DNA of 52,130 nt from contig LCBB01000006.1 in assembly GCA_000996895.1 (NCBI GenBank), forward strand, positions 1-52,130. The letters are read 5' to 3'. Numbering within the stretch: the stretch's first letter is position 1; each line of letters begins with the position of its first letter. Shown one piece after another: positions 34,795-44,769 of the stretch. The notes beneath the pieces are model-generated. The model searched no databases and was not told the DNA's origin. It saw only the letters and a program-made list of their open reading frames with translations. A program made the translations under genes and the position numbers. The DNA comes from a candidate division WWE3 bacterium GW2011_GWC2_41_23 (GTDB lineage: Bacteria > Patescibacteriota > WWE3 > UBA101185 > UBA10185).

Positions 34795-37059
34795 TTATTT
34801 TTTCTTTTTTTCGCCCAATACTTTTTTCTCTGAGTTGTAGACGATCTCTCTGGTTTTTTCTATTACGTCGGGACTTACCGAAACTGAGGTCACTCCCCAG
34901 TCTACCAGCATCTCTACAAGTTCAGGGAAAACTGAGGGTGCCTGTCCGCATACGGAACATGTTACTTTTCTTTTTCGGCAGGTTGTTACGATTTTCTCGA
35001 GAGATTTTAGTACCGCGGGGTTCATCTCGCTATAGGAATCTGCTACTTTCTCATTATCGCGGTCAACGCCCAAGGTAAGCATTGTAAGGTCGTTTGTACC
35101 GATTGAAACGCCGTCAATGCCTTCGTCCAAAAACTCGTCCAGCAATATGACGTTGGAAGGAATTTCGACCATCATCCAGAACTTAAAAAGCCCGCTTCTT
35201 CTCAAACCCGCGGCGCTTAACAATTTTTTTACTTCTCTGAATTGCTCCACAGTACGTACAAAAGGCATCATTACCCAAAGATTTTTCAGGTTTTTTTTGT
35301 TGCGGACTCTTTTTATTGCTTCTACTTCCATCTCGAAAACTTCAGGTTCCGCGAGATATCTCGAAACACCTCTGTATCCAATCATCGGATTAGGCTCTTC
35401 AGTTTCAAACTCTTTTCCGCCTGTGAGATTTGCATATTCGTTTGATTTGAAATCGTTGAATCTGTAAACAACCGGTCTCGGATAAAAAGCTTCGGCAAAT
35501 TTTTCTAAACCATCTGCCAACTGTGCGATAAACTCCTTTTGCTTTTTCTCCTTGATAAATTTCATCGGGTGCTTACCAATCTGCGCCATAATAAACTCAG
35601 CCCTCAGTAATCCGACTCCGTCCACGTTTCTCTGGGACATTTCCACCGCAAGCTCGGGTTCTGCCAAGTTCATGTAAATTTTTGTCGCTGTTTTAATTTT
35701 AGTCAGGTCAAGTTTGGATTTCTTAACATCCTTAACTTCGGAGATATCTCCCTCATAAACTTTTCCTTCTGCCCCGTCGACGGTTATCAATTCACCGACT
35801 CTTAGCATTTTAGTAGCGTGGCTTGTACCTACAACCGCCGGGATACCAAGTTCGCGGCTTACAATGGCTGCGTGGCTGGTTCTTCCTCCTAAATCCGTAA
35901 CAATAGCGCTTGCTCTTTTCATCGCCGGCACATAATCAGGATTGGTCATTTCGGCGACAAGAATGTCTCCCTCCTTAACAATGTTTATTTCGCTGGGTTT
36001 TTTAACGATTTTAACTTTACCGACTCCGACGCCCGGAGAAGCGGCCAAACCTTCTAAAATAGCTTTGGCCTTATTACCTGCCTCGATGGCAATCTCAGTC
36101 TCTTTTTGTACTAAAGTTGTTACCGGCCTGGACTGGACGATAAATAGTTTTCCATCCTCAATCCCATATTCGATATCCTGAGGTCTTTTGTAATGCTCTT
36201 CGATTTTCATTCCGAGGTGCGCAAGTTCAACAATATGTTTGTTGGTCAATTTCTGAACCTGTTGATATTTTTTCGAAATTGGCGTATTACCTCCCAAAGT
36301 TAATTGCCATGTCTGTTTTGCCAAGTAGCGCGAGGTAATTTTTCCGGACTTCTTGTTTACAATATATTGGTCAGGTGTAACTTCCCCTGAAACTACGGGC
36401 TGACCCAATCCGAAAGCAGCTTCTATAGAAACTTCTTCCTTACTATTCGTTAGAGGATTTACCGTGAACATAATTCCCGAGTAATCAGATTGAACCATCA
36501 ACTGGATGGGAACGGCAATTCCTACCTTTAGGTGAGAATACTTGTTCGTTTCCCTGTAAAAAATGGCTCTTGCCTCAAAAAGGGACGCCCAGCATTCCTG
36601 AACTTTCTTAACAACATCTGACCAGCCCTTAATGTTTAAATAAGTTTCCTGTTGGCCCGCGAAGGAAGCATCGGGCAAATCTTCAGCTGTCGCGGAACTT
36701 CTTACTGCAACATATCTATCGTTCTCTCCGCAAAGTTTGTGGTAGTAATCTTTAATTTTTATAGCGAGGTCGCCCGGCATATCCGCGGCCATTATTGCCG
36801 TCTTAATTTTCCTGGAAGCTTCCTGAAGTTTTTTAGAGTTGTCGACGTTTAGTCCTGACAATTCGTGCATTATTTTATCTTTTAAAGACGTGGAATTTAT
36901 GAAATCAAAATATGCACCTGCAGTAACGACAAAACCATTAGGAACGGGAATTCCGGCATTTACCATCTCACCAAGATTTGCGCCCTTTCCTCCTACAAGA
37001 CCGATATCCTTCTTACCAACTTCTTTGAACCACAGTATTTGGGCAGTATTTTTATTCAT
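34795..37059 (-). CDS. ppsA: Phosphoenolpyruvate synthase
   Basis: VGGKGANLGEM, AVRSSATAEDLPDASFAGQQET, GGRTSHAAIVSRELGIP phospho-His motif, GLLRAEF, SIGTNDLT, CGQAPS. Confidence 0.96.
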   Translation of the reverse strand: MNKNTAQILWFKEVGKKDIGLVGGKGANLGEMVNAGIPVPNGFVVTAGAYFDFINSTSLKDKIMHELSGLNVDNSKKLQEASRKIKTAIMAADMPGDLAIKIKDYYHKLCGENDRYVAVRSSATAEDLPDASFAGQQETYLNIKGWSDVVKKVQECWASLFEARAIFYRETNKYSHLKVGIAVPIQLMVQSDYSGIMFTVNPLTNSKEEVSIEAAFGLGQPVVSGEVTPDQYIVNKKSGKITSRYLAKQTWQLTLGGNTPISKKYQQVQKLTNKHIVELAHLGMKIEEHYKRPQDIEYGIEDGKLFIVQSRPVTTLVQKETEIAIEAGNKAKAILEGLAASPGVGVGKVKIVKKPSEINIVKEGDILVAEMTNPDYVPAMKRASAIVTDLGGRTSHAAIVSRELGIPAVVGTSHATKMLRVGELITVDGAEGKVYEGDISEVKDVKKSKLDLTKIKTATKIYMNLAEPELAVEMSQRNVDGVGLLRAEFIMAQIGKHPMKFIKEKKQKEFIAQLADGLEKFAEAFYPRPVVYRFNDFKSNEYANLTGGKEFETEEPNPMIGYRGVSRYLAEPEVFEMEVEAIKRVRNKKNLKNLWVMMPFVRTVEQFREVKKLLSAAGLRRSGLFKFWMMVEIPSNVILLDEFLDEGIDGVSIGTNDLTMLTLGVDRDNEKVADSYSEMNPAVLKSLEKIVTTCRKRKVTCSVCGQAPSVFPELVEMLVDWGVTSVSVSPDVIEKTREIVYNSEKKVLGEKKKK

Positions 37060-37107
37060 ATAAGAAATGATATATCAAATTTTGAGCATTTGGAACTGCT
37101 ATAAGTA

Positions 37108-38481
37108 CTAGATATGTAGATTGTGGGGCTTTAGAAGCTCGTTGGCCCCGACTTTTACCGAATTCAACTCTTCTTCGCTCTGCGCTTCCAATCTTATACC
37201 TAAAAACGGAGATGTGTTTTTGGCGCGTATTAGGAACCAAGCCGTATCGGTAATATTTGCGCGCACCCCGTCTACAAAATTCTTTCTGGTGTAAGCATCG
37301 GAGGCTTTCACAACTTCGATGATTTTTTGTACAACTCTAAATTTGAGGTCATCGGGACAGTGGACTTTAATTTCAGGTGTGCTCACTCTTTCGGGAAATT
37401 CCGCCATTAAATCCTGTATGCCCGAATTGTTTTGGTCCATTAATTCCAGCACTCTGCAGATTGCGTAAATTCCGTCGTCATAACCGAAGTATTTGTCTCC
37501 AAAGTAGGTGTGCCCCGAAAATTCCACACCGAAAATAGCCTCTTTTGACGTAATCTTCTGAATAAAGTATGACCTGCCTGTCCGCATAATCTCAGGTTCG
37601 CCTCCATATTTCCTTATAATATCGTCAGCCAAAGAGGTGCATTTAACATCGTAGGCAATTTTAGAACCGGGATTGCTTTGCAAAATATGCTTGCTGAAAA
37701 GCAATAGGGCGCGGTCGGTGGCGTAAGCTTTTCCGGTTCCGTCTACCATCAAAAACCTATCTCCGTCTCCGTCCAACCCAAAACCGGCGTCTGACTTGCT
37801 TAACATTACTGCAGAGGACGTTTGTTCCACAAAATGAGGCTCTTCGGGATCCGGAGTGCCGTTAGGGAAAGTACCGTCAAGCTCAAGGTTCACCGGAACA
37901 ATCTCAACACCCAACGCTTCGAGTACTTCTTTCGCAACACCGCCTGTAACACCATTACCGGTATTCAGCACTACCTTGAATTTCTTTTTAAAAGTGAAAT
38001 TACTCTTGATAAACAAAACGTACTGACTAATTAGATTTTTTTCCGTGAATGAGCCTTTTCCAATCATATACGACTCTGTTTCGATAATATCAGCTATCTC
38101 CTGTATTCCTTCCCCAAAAATCGGCGCGGCATCCGCAAATTCAACCTTAACTCCGTTATATTCTCCTGTGTTGTGGCTTGCAGTAATGTAAACGCCACCA
38201 TCAAAACCCTTCGTGGTTGTAAAAAAGTGGATTAAAGGATAAGGAACTGTTCCTACAAAGGTAACGTTGCAACCAGTGCTCAGCAGTCCCTCGCAAAGTT
38301 TTTTTGTAAGAGAGTCAGAACTTATCCTGTTGTCCATTCCGAGCACGATGTTAGAAAGATTTTTGCGTCTATAAATCGTTCCTATAGCCTTACCTATGTG
38401 AAAAAAAAGATTTTCATCAATATCGGTACCGTACACACCGCGTATATCGTATTCTCTAAAAATATTTCTGTTTAATTGCAT
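37108..38481 (-). CDS. Phosphomannomutase/phosphoglucomutase
   Basis: FREYDIRG, ITASHN phosphoserine loop, DGDGDR, GVEFSGH. Confidence 0.93.
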   Translation of the reverse strand: MQLNRNIFREYDIRGVYGTDIDENLFFHIGKAIGTIYRRKNLSNIVLGMDNRISSDSLTKKLCEGLLSTGCNVTFVGTVPYPLIHFFTTTKGFDGGVYITASHNTGEYNGVKVEFADAAPIFGEGIQEIADIIETESYMIGKGSFTEKNLISQYVLFIKSNFTFKKKFKVVLNTGNGVTGGVAKEVLEALGVEIVPVNLELDGTFPNGTPDPEEPHFVEQTSSAVMLSKSDAGFGLDGDGDRFLMVDGTGKAYATDRALLLFSKHILQSNPGSKIAYDVKCTSLADDIIRKYGGEPEIMRTGRSYFIQKITSKEAIFGVEFSGHTYFGDKYFGYDDGIYAICRVLELMDQNNSGIQDLMAEFPERVSTPEIKVHCPDDLKFRVVQKIIEVVKASDAYTRKNFVDGVRANITDTAWFLIRAKNTSPFLGIRLEAQSEEELNSVKVGANELLKPHNLHI

Positions 38482-38482
38482 C

Positions 38483-39316
38483 TCAAAGGGGCAGAGTGAA
38501 AACGAATTTTGCTCCGGTTGGTTTGTTATCCTCTACTCTTATATCACCTTTGTGCGCCTCCACAATGGCCTTAACAATAACTAAACCCAGACCGGTGCCC
38601 TTTTCTCTTATCTTAGAATGGTTTGATGTCTGGCTAAAAGGTTTAAATAAAAGGTCTTTTTCCCCTTCGGGTATCCCAAGCCCGGTGTCTGCCACCGTAA
38701 CTTCCGCGTGGTGATCAAACCTGTTGGCAGATACCGTTACTTTACCGCCTTCGGGTGTAAATTTAATGGCGTTGGACAATAGATTTCCCATCACCTGCTT
38801 TATACGCTCGGGGTCAAAGCTAAAATTCCCGAAATTCTCGTTAAGTTCGATCTCAAGCGTGACTCCTTTTACCTGTGCAAGGGGATTAAAATAACTCCAC
38901 TCCTCTTTTAGAGTATCGTTTAGGTTTGCATATACTTTGTTTATTTCGAATCTTCCGGCACCTATTTTAGAAACGTCCAGGATATCCGCGACGATTTTAA
39001 GCATTGCGTTCGAATTCTCTTTTACCTGAGACAATAAGTTATGAATTTGTTCGGCGTCTAATTCCGCTGCTTGCTTAAGCAGAAGGTCTGAGGCACCTTT
39101 AATAACCGAAAGGGGAGCTCTAAGCTCGTGCACCAGCATGGGTATATAGTCTTTATTACCGCCGAAAAAACCGCTCTGAGTAATTCCGTCAGATTTAAGT
39201 TTACTAATCTGCTCCAGCAGCTTATTTAATTCGCTTGATTTTCTGAAAAGGATAACGGAAATGATTAACAACAAGATAGATTCAGCTATTATGAGCCATA
39301 TATTATAAGTTTCCAT
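38483..39316 (-). CDS. Histidine kinase with one N-terminal TM and no evident sensor domain
   Basis: HELRAPL H-box, NLLSNAIKFT N-box, DTGLGI, GTGLGL. Confidence 0.93.
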   Translation of the reverse strand: METYNIWLIIAESILLLIISVILFRKSSELNKLLEQISKLKSDGITQSGFFGGNKDYIPMLVHELRAPLSVIKGASDLLLKQAAELDAEQIHNLLSQVKENSNAMLKIVADILDVSKIGAGRFEINKVYANLNDTLKEEWSYFNPLAQVKGVTLEIELNENFGNFSFDPERIKQVMGNLLSNAIKFTPEGGKVTVSANRFDHHAEVTVADTGLGIPEGEKDLLFKPFSQTSNHSKIREKGTGLGLVIVKAIVEAHKGDIRVEDNKPTGAKFVFTLPL

Positions 39317-39323
39317 ATAGCGT

Positions 39324-39725
39324 CTATCCCGTTACTACAATACCTGTGTCCGGAGTTTCCCCCAAAAGGACAGCAATTTTCCCGGGCAGTTCCGAAGGTA
39401 CGACGTTGTATTTCATGTAATAATCTTCAGCTCCGTATTCAACCGCTTTTTTAATGTTCTCGTCGTTGCCGAAATTAGTGAGCATGACCACCTTTATATC
39501 CTTGGTGTCTATGTTCTCCTTCATTTCTTTTAGGACATCAAGCCCGCTCATTCCGGGTAAAATGATATCCATTAACACCAAATCGGGCTTTTCCTGGATA
39601 ATCGCGTCCATTGCCCTGGAGCCTTCAGCCACGTGAGCAACGCTGTAGCCTTTCATTTTCAGGGGTACAGAGAATATATTAAAAAAACCTTCGTCGTCTT
39701 CTACAAATAACACTTTCTTTGGCAT
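39324..39725 (-). CDS. Single-domain response regulator (receiver only)
   Basis: VLFVEDD, PDLVLMDIILPGMSG, MLTN, YYMK; no output domain. Confidence 0.93.
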   Translation of the reverse strand: MPKKVLFVEDDEGFFNIFSVPLKMKGYSVAHVAEGSRAMDAIIQEKPDLVLMDIILPGMSGLDVLKEMKENIDTKDIKVVMLTNFGNDENIKKAVEYGAEDYYMKYNVVPSELPGKIAVLLGETPDTGIVVTG

Positions 39726-39845
39726 ACGTTAATAGTACAAGATTATTAACCGTTTGTTCAATACTTTTCTCAGTTGCCCGATTTAGAGTTAAAAGTACAC
39801 CATAGAGGTTCTTTCATTTAACTGTTATATTTGTGTAATTGCCGT

Positions 39846-40898
39846 ATGTTCAAAAAAACCTTGATAATTCTATTTTCCATAGTCATCTGTCTCGGTTCCG
39901 GAGCCTACTATATTTATAACAAGACGGGCAGCGGTAACACAAAAGAGCTGCATTTGATACCTAACCCTTCCGAAAGCGTGTTCGACGCAGACAAAAAGTT
40001 GGAAAATCCCTCTATTGCCAGTGTTTTTCAAAAAAACCCGCAGATAAACATATTATTAATAGGAACCGACACAAGTCTGGAAAGGCGTAATAACGGCCAG
40101 TACGGTTATAATACGGATGCTACGGTACTTGTAAGCATGGACACGATTACAAAAAACATGCTTTTAACTTCCGTTCCCCGGGACTTATGGGTAAACGGTA
40201 ACAAGATAAACGCTCTCTTCGTTACGTACGGTTGGCCGGGTCTTAAAAAAGCATACGAAGAAATCACAGGTCTGCAAATCAAGGGCTACATAGTTGCGGA
40301 TTTTGACGGCTTCCGCTGGTTCGTTTCCCAAATGGGAGGGGTAGATGTAGATATAAAAACATCGTTCACGGATATTTCTTTTCCGAACCAACAGGACAGC
40401 GATGTTCTGCAGGTATCTTTTGAACAAGGCACCGAAGTCATGACGGGTGACAGAGCGCTCACTTACGCCCGGTCAAGAAAAGGCGACAACGGAGAAGGAA
40501 GCGACCTGATGAGAGCAAAAAGACAGCATCTAATCCTGCAGGGAATCGCTAAGTCTTTCGAAAATCCAAGAAATCTTTTCTGGCCGATGGATATTTCCGG
40601 TTTTTACGAAACGGTCACAAAACATATGGAAACAAATCTGACGTTAGGCGACGCAATATACCTATGGGATTTCTACTCTTTTAAAGATGATTACGATGTT
40701 CAATCGTTTGTGCTCGATGATATTTATTTGTATCACCCGGGAATGTACCCGGACAGTCCTTATACAGCGTGGGTTTTTATACCGCGAGATCCTGATTACT
40801 CAGATATCCATGACGCAATAAAAAATAAATTAGCCGGGACCGAAATACCCGTTGCAGTTGAAACAATTGTTCAAGCTGAGCCGCCGGCTACGGAATAG
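39846..40898 (+). CDS. LCP (LytR-CpsA-Psr) family glycopolymer phosphotransferase
   Basis: N-terminal TM, NILLIGTD, NTDA, SVPRDLWV, KINA, ALTYARSR, SDLMRAKRQ. ATG 39846 preferred over TTG 39831. Confidence 0.92.
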   Translation: MFKKTLIILFSIVICLGSGAYYIYNKTGSGNTKELHLIPNPSESVFDADKKLENPSIASVFQKNPQINILLIGTDTSLERRNNGQYGYNTDATVLVSMDTITKNMLLTSVPRDLWVNGNKINALFVTYGWPGLKKAYEEITGLQIKGYIVADFDGFRWFVSQMGGVDVDIKTSFTDISFPNQQDSDVLQVSFEQGTEVMTGDRALTYARSRKGDNGEGSDLMRAKRQHLILQGIAKSFENPRNLFWPMDISGFYETVTKHMETNLTLGDAIYLWDFYSFKDDYDVQSFVLDDIYLYHPGMYPDSPYTAWVFIPRDPDYSDIHDAIKNKLAGTEIPVAVETIVQAEPPATE

Positions 40899-41250
40899 AA
40901 ATATTTTTGTAATGTCTGAGCAAAAACTTTTCTCCGTTTTTTATAATTCCTACGAAATCGTACCGCCAATCCGCGCCCAATAAATGATGCCGTAACAGAA
41001 AATAATTGGACGTGTGGTACCACTTTAATTTTTTTCTGCGGGTTAACATCGCAGAAGGATCATCTCCGGTACTTCTCGATAAAGTTTTGACCTCAACAAA
41101 AATTAGTTTATTTTTGAAAGCTACAAAATCTAATTCCCCCGCATAGCAAAACCAATTTCTTTTTAAGATTTTGTATCCGCGGGATAGAAGATATTTTTCC
41201 GCAATCTTCTCTCCCTCCACCCCTATTTTCTTTTTTACCGGGCAAGACAC
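40888..41250 (-). CDS. yraN: YraN (UPF0102) family predicted endonuclease
   Basis: GVEGEKIAEKYL..GYKILKRNW, GELDFVA, LIFVEVK, WRYD. Confidence 0.85.
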   Translation of the reverse strand: MSCPVKKKIGVEGEKIAEKYLLSRGYKILKRNWFCYAGELDFVAFKNKLIFVEVKTLSRSTGDDPSAMLTRRKKLKWYHTSNYFLLRHHLLGADWRYDFVGIIKNGEKFLLRHYKNISIP

Positions 41251-41295
41251 CCGTCCACAATATATTGACCGGGTAAAAAATAAATGCCGGATGTT

Positions 41296-43131
41296 CTAAT
41301 TTAATTGGGAAACCTGTGGATCGGGAATTCTGTCCGGCGCTATACCGTAAAACTTCACCAACTCAGACATTATATCCATCCACAAAGGAACGGATGTGAG
41401 AGATGCATAAACTGATGTTTTGGGCTCTTCAAGCTTAACAATCATAGAGATTTTGCGGTCTCCGGAAAGAAAACCCACAAAGGTTGCGTTTGTTTTATCC
41501 GCAGAGTACCCACCTTTCTCAGGTATCTGAGCTGTTCCTGTTTTTCCGGCTATTTTGTAATCTTTGAGAACATAAAACTTAGCTTCGCCGCTTACCGCTG
41601 CATTTTCCAGCATAGAAACCATTTCCGTAGCTGTTTCCTGTTTTATAACCTGTCTCAACCTCTTTGGGCGCACTTCAAGAATTTTCTTGCCGTCGTCAAT
41701 TTTTTCGATAATTAGAGGTTGATATAAAGTTCCTCCGTTTGCAATTACATTAAAGGCATTTAACACCTGAAGCGGGGTGGCGGAAATTCCTTGTCCGAAA
41801 GAAATGTTAGCTAACGTAATATCCGACCAATCAGAAATTGCAGGAATAACACCGGTGTCTTCCCCCTGCAGTTCTATCCCGGTTCTTTTTCCGTATCCGA
41901 AATTTACCAGGTAGGATCTTAGGTTCTCTGCACCTACTTTGTGCCCAACCCACGCGGCGCCAATGTTGTTAGAAAGCTCCAGAAGGCGTTGCACTGTAAG
42001 CACGCCGTGGTGTTTTAAATCCCAGTTGTCCACTTTATATCCTGAATAGTAAACGGGCCCTGCGTCTTCGTAAGTTGTTGTGGAGGATACCAAACCTAAA
42101 TCTACGGCCGTCGAAACCGTCATCGGTTTCATAACCGAGCCCGGTTCGTATGTCTGTTGTATTGAAAGATTCCTTCTTTCAACTTTTTTTCTAGTCTGCT
42201 CACCATCCGCGATTGTTTCCGAGTCACCCACTGAAAAATCGGAGGGATCGTATGTAGGATAGTTTGCCATGGCTATAACTTTTCCAGTGTAAGGATCCAT
42301 CACTATCACATTTCCTGAAACCGCGTCATATTTCTCTACACCATCTTTAATCATCCTCTCTACCATATACTGAACAGAACGATCTATTGTTAAAACGATA
42401 TTTCTTCCCGGAAGTGGGTTAGCTTTTCTATAACCTCCTGCCAAAATCGGGTTACCCGTAGCATCCCTCTCTTCAAGTATTCTTCCCATCTTGCCCTGTA
42501 AATCCTCATTTAAAGCTCCCTCAATACCGTAATACCCAGTCTTTTCACCTTTCTCGTCGCTGGCAACAAAACCTAAGACGTGACTTGCTAACGTTCCTTC
42601 GGGGTAATAACGTTTTGGCTCTTTTTCAAACCCGATTCCTTCAATTCCGAATTTTTGGATAGCTAGCATTTGCTCGTGAGATAGATTTTTCTTAAGGGAA
42701 ACCCAATACAGGTCTAAGTTCAGATTATCGAAGATGGATTTGTAGTAGTACTCAAAACCGGGCTTTAGCACAACCTCCTTAACTTCCTCGTCCTGAATAA
42801 CTTCAGGTTCAATTGAGGCTAAATATTCCGCTAAAATGTGAGCCGTCTGCGTTTTATTCTCAACAACCTTTGGCTCTCCGTACATAAGATAGTTATCTAC
42901 CGTTCCCGCTAACAAAAAACCGTCCGATGAAGAAATACTTCCCCGGCCGGCAGATATTTCCTGAACCGTCCAATATTGATCCTGTCCCATTTTTTCAAAT
43001 TTCTCATGTCCCAAAACCTGGATTTGAAATAGACGGAATATAACAGCTATAAAACCGACCAAAAATAAAACAATTAGGGAATTAAGCCGCAATTCAAGAA
43101 ATGCTCTTTTCTTTGTCCTCGTATTTTTCAT
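41296..43131 (-). CDS. ftsI: Class B penicillin-binding protein (FtsI-like)
   Basis: N-terminal TM, RGSI, RYYPEG, GIEG, LTID, YEPGSVMK, SNN, KTGTAQ; follows mraZ-rsmH-ftsL. Confidence 0.92.
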   Translation of the reverse strand: MKNTRTKKRAFLELRLNSLIVLFLVGFIAVIFRLFQIQVLGHEKFEKMGQDQYWTVQEISAGRGSISSSDGFLLAGTVDNYLMYGEPKVVENKTQTAHILAEYLASIEPEVIQDEEVKEVVLKPGFEYYYKSIFDNLNLDLYWVSLKKNLSHEQMLAIQKFGIEGIGFEKEPKRYYPEGTLASHVLGFVASDEKGEKTGYYGIEGALNEDLQGKMGRILEERDATGNPILAGGYRKANPLPGRNIVLTIDRSVQYMVERMIKDGVEKYDAVSGNVIVMDPYTGKVIAMANYPTYDPSDFSVGDSETIADGEQTRKKVERRNLSIQQTYEPGSVMKPMTVSTAVDLGLVSSTTTYEDAGPVYYSGYKVDNWDLKHHGVLTVQRLLELSNNIGAAWVGHKVGAENLRSYLVNFGYGKRTGIELQGEDTGVIPAISDWSDITLANISFGQGISATPLQVLNAFNVIANGGTLYQPLIIEKIDDGKKILEVRPKRLRQVIKQETATEMVSMLENAAVSGEAKFYVLKDYKIAGKTGTAQIPEKGGYSADKTNATFVGFLSGDRKISMIVKLEEPKTSVYASLTSVPLWMDIMSELVKFYGIAPDRIPDPQVSQLN

Positions 43132-43142
43132 CTATGAATATT

Positions 43143-43469
43143 TTACCTTGCCAGTGAAGCTACTTGGCCGGCCGAAGACAGGTCGAGTGTCATTAAACGT
43201 TCTTCCATGGGCACAAACCCCAGCTTTAAAGCCTCGGACTCAACATATTTCATGGAAGAAAGACCGGAATCTTCGTACTTAAGAATGGTAATCTCCTCCT
43301 CCAAAGCTAACTGGGAGTCGAAAGAGCCCTTAAGATCGCGGTTTTTAATGGCTAAATCGTTATAAAAATACATTCTCGCTACGGTACTTGACAAAAAAAG
43401 CGCGCAACAAGTAAAAAATACAAGGTTGCACGTTTTTTGAGTTTTTTCTATTTTATCTATTCTGCACAT
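43143..43469 (-). CDS. FtsL-like protein
   Basis: One TM, short coiled coil, EALKLGFV; lies between rsmH and ftsI. Confidence 0.6.
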   Translation of the reverse strand: MCRIDKIEKTQKTCNLVFFTCCALFLSSTVARMYFYNDLAIKNRDLKGSFDSQLALEEEITILKYEDSGLSSMKYVESEALKLGFVPMEERLMTLDLSSAGQVASLAR

Positions 43470-44338
43470 TTTTCGAATACGCGCATTTTTGCGCTTCTTG
43501 CCCTGGGATTTTCGTTTATTTCCTCCTCCGTGGGCATCAGAGGTTTTTTTACAACTTTGCTCAACTTGGGCTGCGCGCCCAGACCGAATTGTTTTGCGAT
43601 ACCGTCTTCCAAAGAATGGAACGATATCACTACGATTCGGCCTCCGGGCAGTAGAAGGCGCGCAGCCCGGGGCAGTGAGTTTTCAAGATTTTCAAGCTCG
43701 TTGTTAACTGCGATTCTCAGAGCCTGAAAAGTTCGGGTGGCAGGATTAATTCTCCCGCGCTCATAGTCTGAAGGAGCGGCAGACTTTATTATTTCCGCCA
43801 ATTGGCGGGTAGTCTGAATCTTCTTCAACTTACGAGCTTCTACAACAGCTTTTGCAAATCTCCTCGACATACGTTCGTCAGAGTAATTGAACATGATGTC
43901 CGCCAAACGTTCTTCGGGCAGTGCATTGACTAAATCTCCGGCTGTAACTCCTAAAGTAGAGTCCAGTCTCATGTCCAGCGGCTGATCTTCTAAAAAGGAC
44001 AGGCCGATGTTTCCCTCTTCCAGCTCGAAAGTACTGTAACCAAGGTCGAAGAGTATTCCCGACACGGCTTCAAACCCATTGGCTTTGGCAAGTTCCTCAA
44101 TGTCTTTAAAATTTCCGGTGGCTCCGGTAAATTTTTCACTTAATCCAAGATCTTTTATACGGTCCGCGGCTCTCTGCAATGCTTCCGGATTTACATCCAG
44201 ACCAAGAACCGTCCCGCCCATTTTTAAGATCTCTACCGCGTGTCCTCCGTCTCCGAGAGTTGCATCGATATATTTGGCGTCTTTATTAACTTTTAAATGT
44301 TCTAAAACTTCTTTTAACAAGACCGGTTTGTGGTACAT
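43457..44338 (-). CDS. rsmH: 16S rRNA m4C1402 methyltransferase
   Basis: HKPVLLKE, DATLGDGGH, DLGYS, PLDMR, ATRTFQALRIAVN, SFHSLED, NPRARSAKMR. Confidence 0.97.
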   Translation of the reverse strand: MYHKPVLLKEVLEHLKVNKDAKYIDATLGDGGHAVEILKMGGTVLGLDVNPEALQRAADRIKDLGLSEKFTGATGNFKDIEELAKANGFEAVSGILFDLGYSTFELEEGNIGLSFLEDQPLDMRLDSTLGVTAGDLVNALPEERLADIMFNYSDERMSRRFAKAVVEARKLKKIQTTRQLAEIIKSAAPSDYERGRINPATRTFQALRIAVNNELENLENSLPRAARLLLPGGRIVVISFHSLEDGIAKQFGLGAQPKLSKVVKKPLMPTEEEINENPRARSAKMRVFEKCAE

Positions 44339-44349
44339 TTTTCAATAGT

Positions 44350-44754
44350 TTAGGCAGTAACTTCTCCGCTAATTTTCTCCAACCTTGCTGTCCAGGCGTT
44401 CAGATCCCATATCTCTACGTGATCCCCGGCCCCGACTACCGCTAAATTCTTACCTAAGCCGGCGTATTCCTTAAGATTCCCGGGTATAACAATTCTTCCC
44501 TGGGGATCTATCGTTACTTCGGCTGCTCCCGAGTACATGTATCTTTTAATGTCCCTCGTTCTTGCGTCAGTTATAGGATTTTCAATTTGCTTCGTAGCTT
44601 CCGTTGCCCAATCTTCCTTGTCGTAAACAAATACGCACTTTTCAAATCCTCTGGAAAGAATTACTTCTTCCCCTCTGATTTGGTCCCGAAGTTTCTTGGG
44701 CAGGGCAATTCTTGATCCTTCGGTGATATTAGGTTTATATTCCCCAAGAAACAT
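44350..44754 (-). CDS. mraZ: Transcriptional regulator MraZ
   Basis: MFLGEY, RIALP, RGFEKC, DPQGRIVIP, GAGDHVEIW. Alternative start 44760. Confidence 0.95.
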   Translation of the reverse strand: MFLGEYKPNITEGSRIALPKKLRDQIRGEEVILSRGFEKCVFVYDKEDWATEATKQIENPITDARTRDIKRYMYSGAAEVTIDPQGRIVIPGNLKEYAGLGKNLAVVGAGDHVEIWDLNAWTARLEKISGEVTA

Positions 44755-44769
44755 TCTCATAAGTCATTC

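Noticed and set aside
41255-41270. NrdR-box-like CACAATATATTG
   Set aside because: Single copy before yraN rather than an nrd gene; better explained as a -10 element or chance palindrome.
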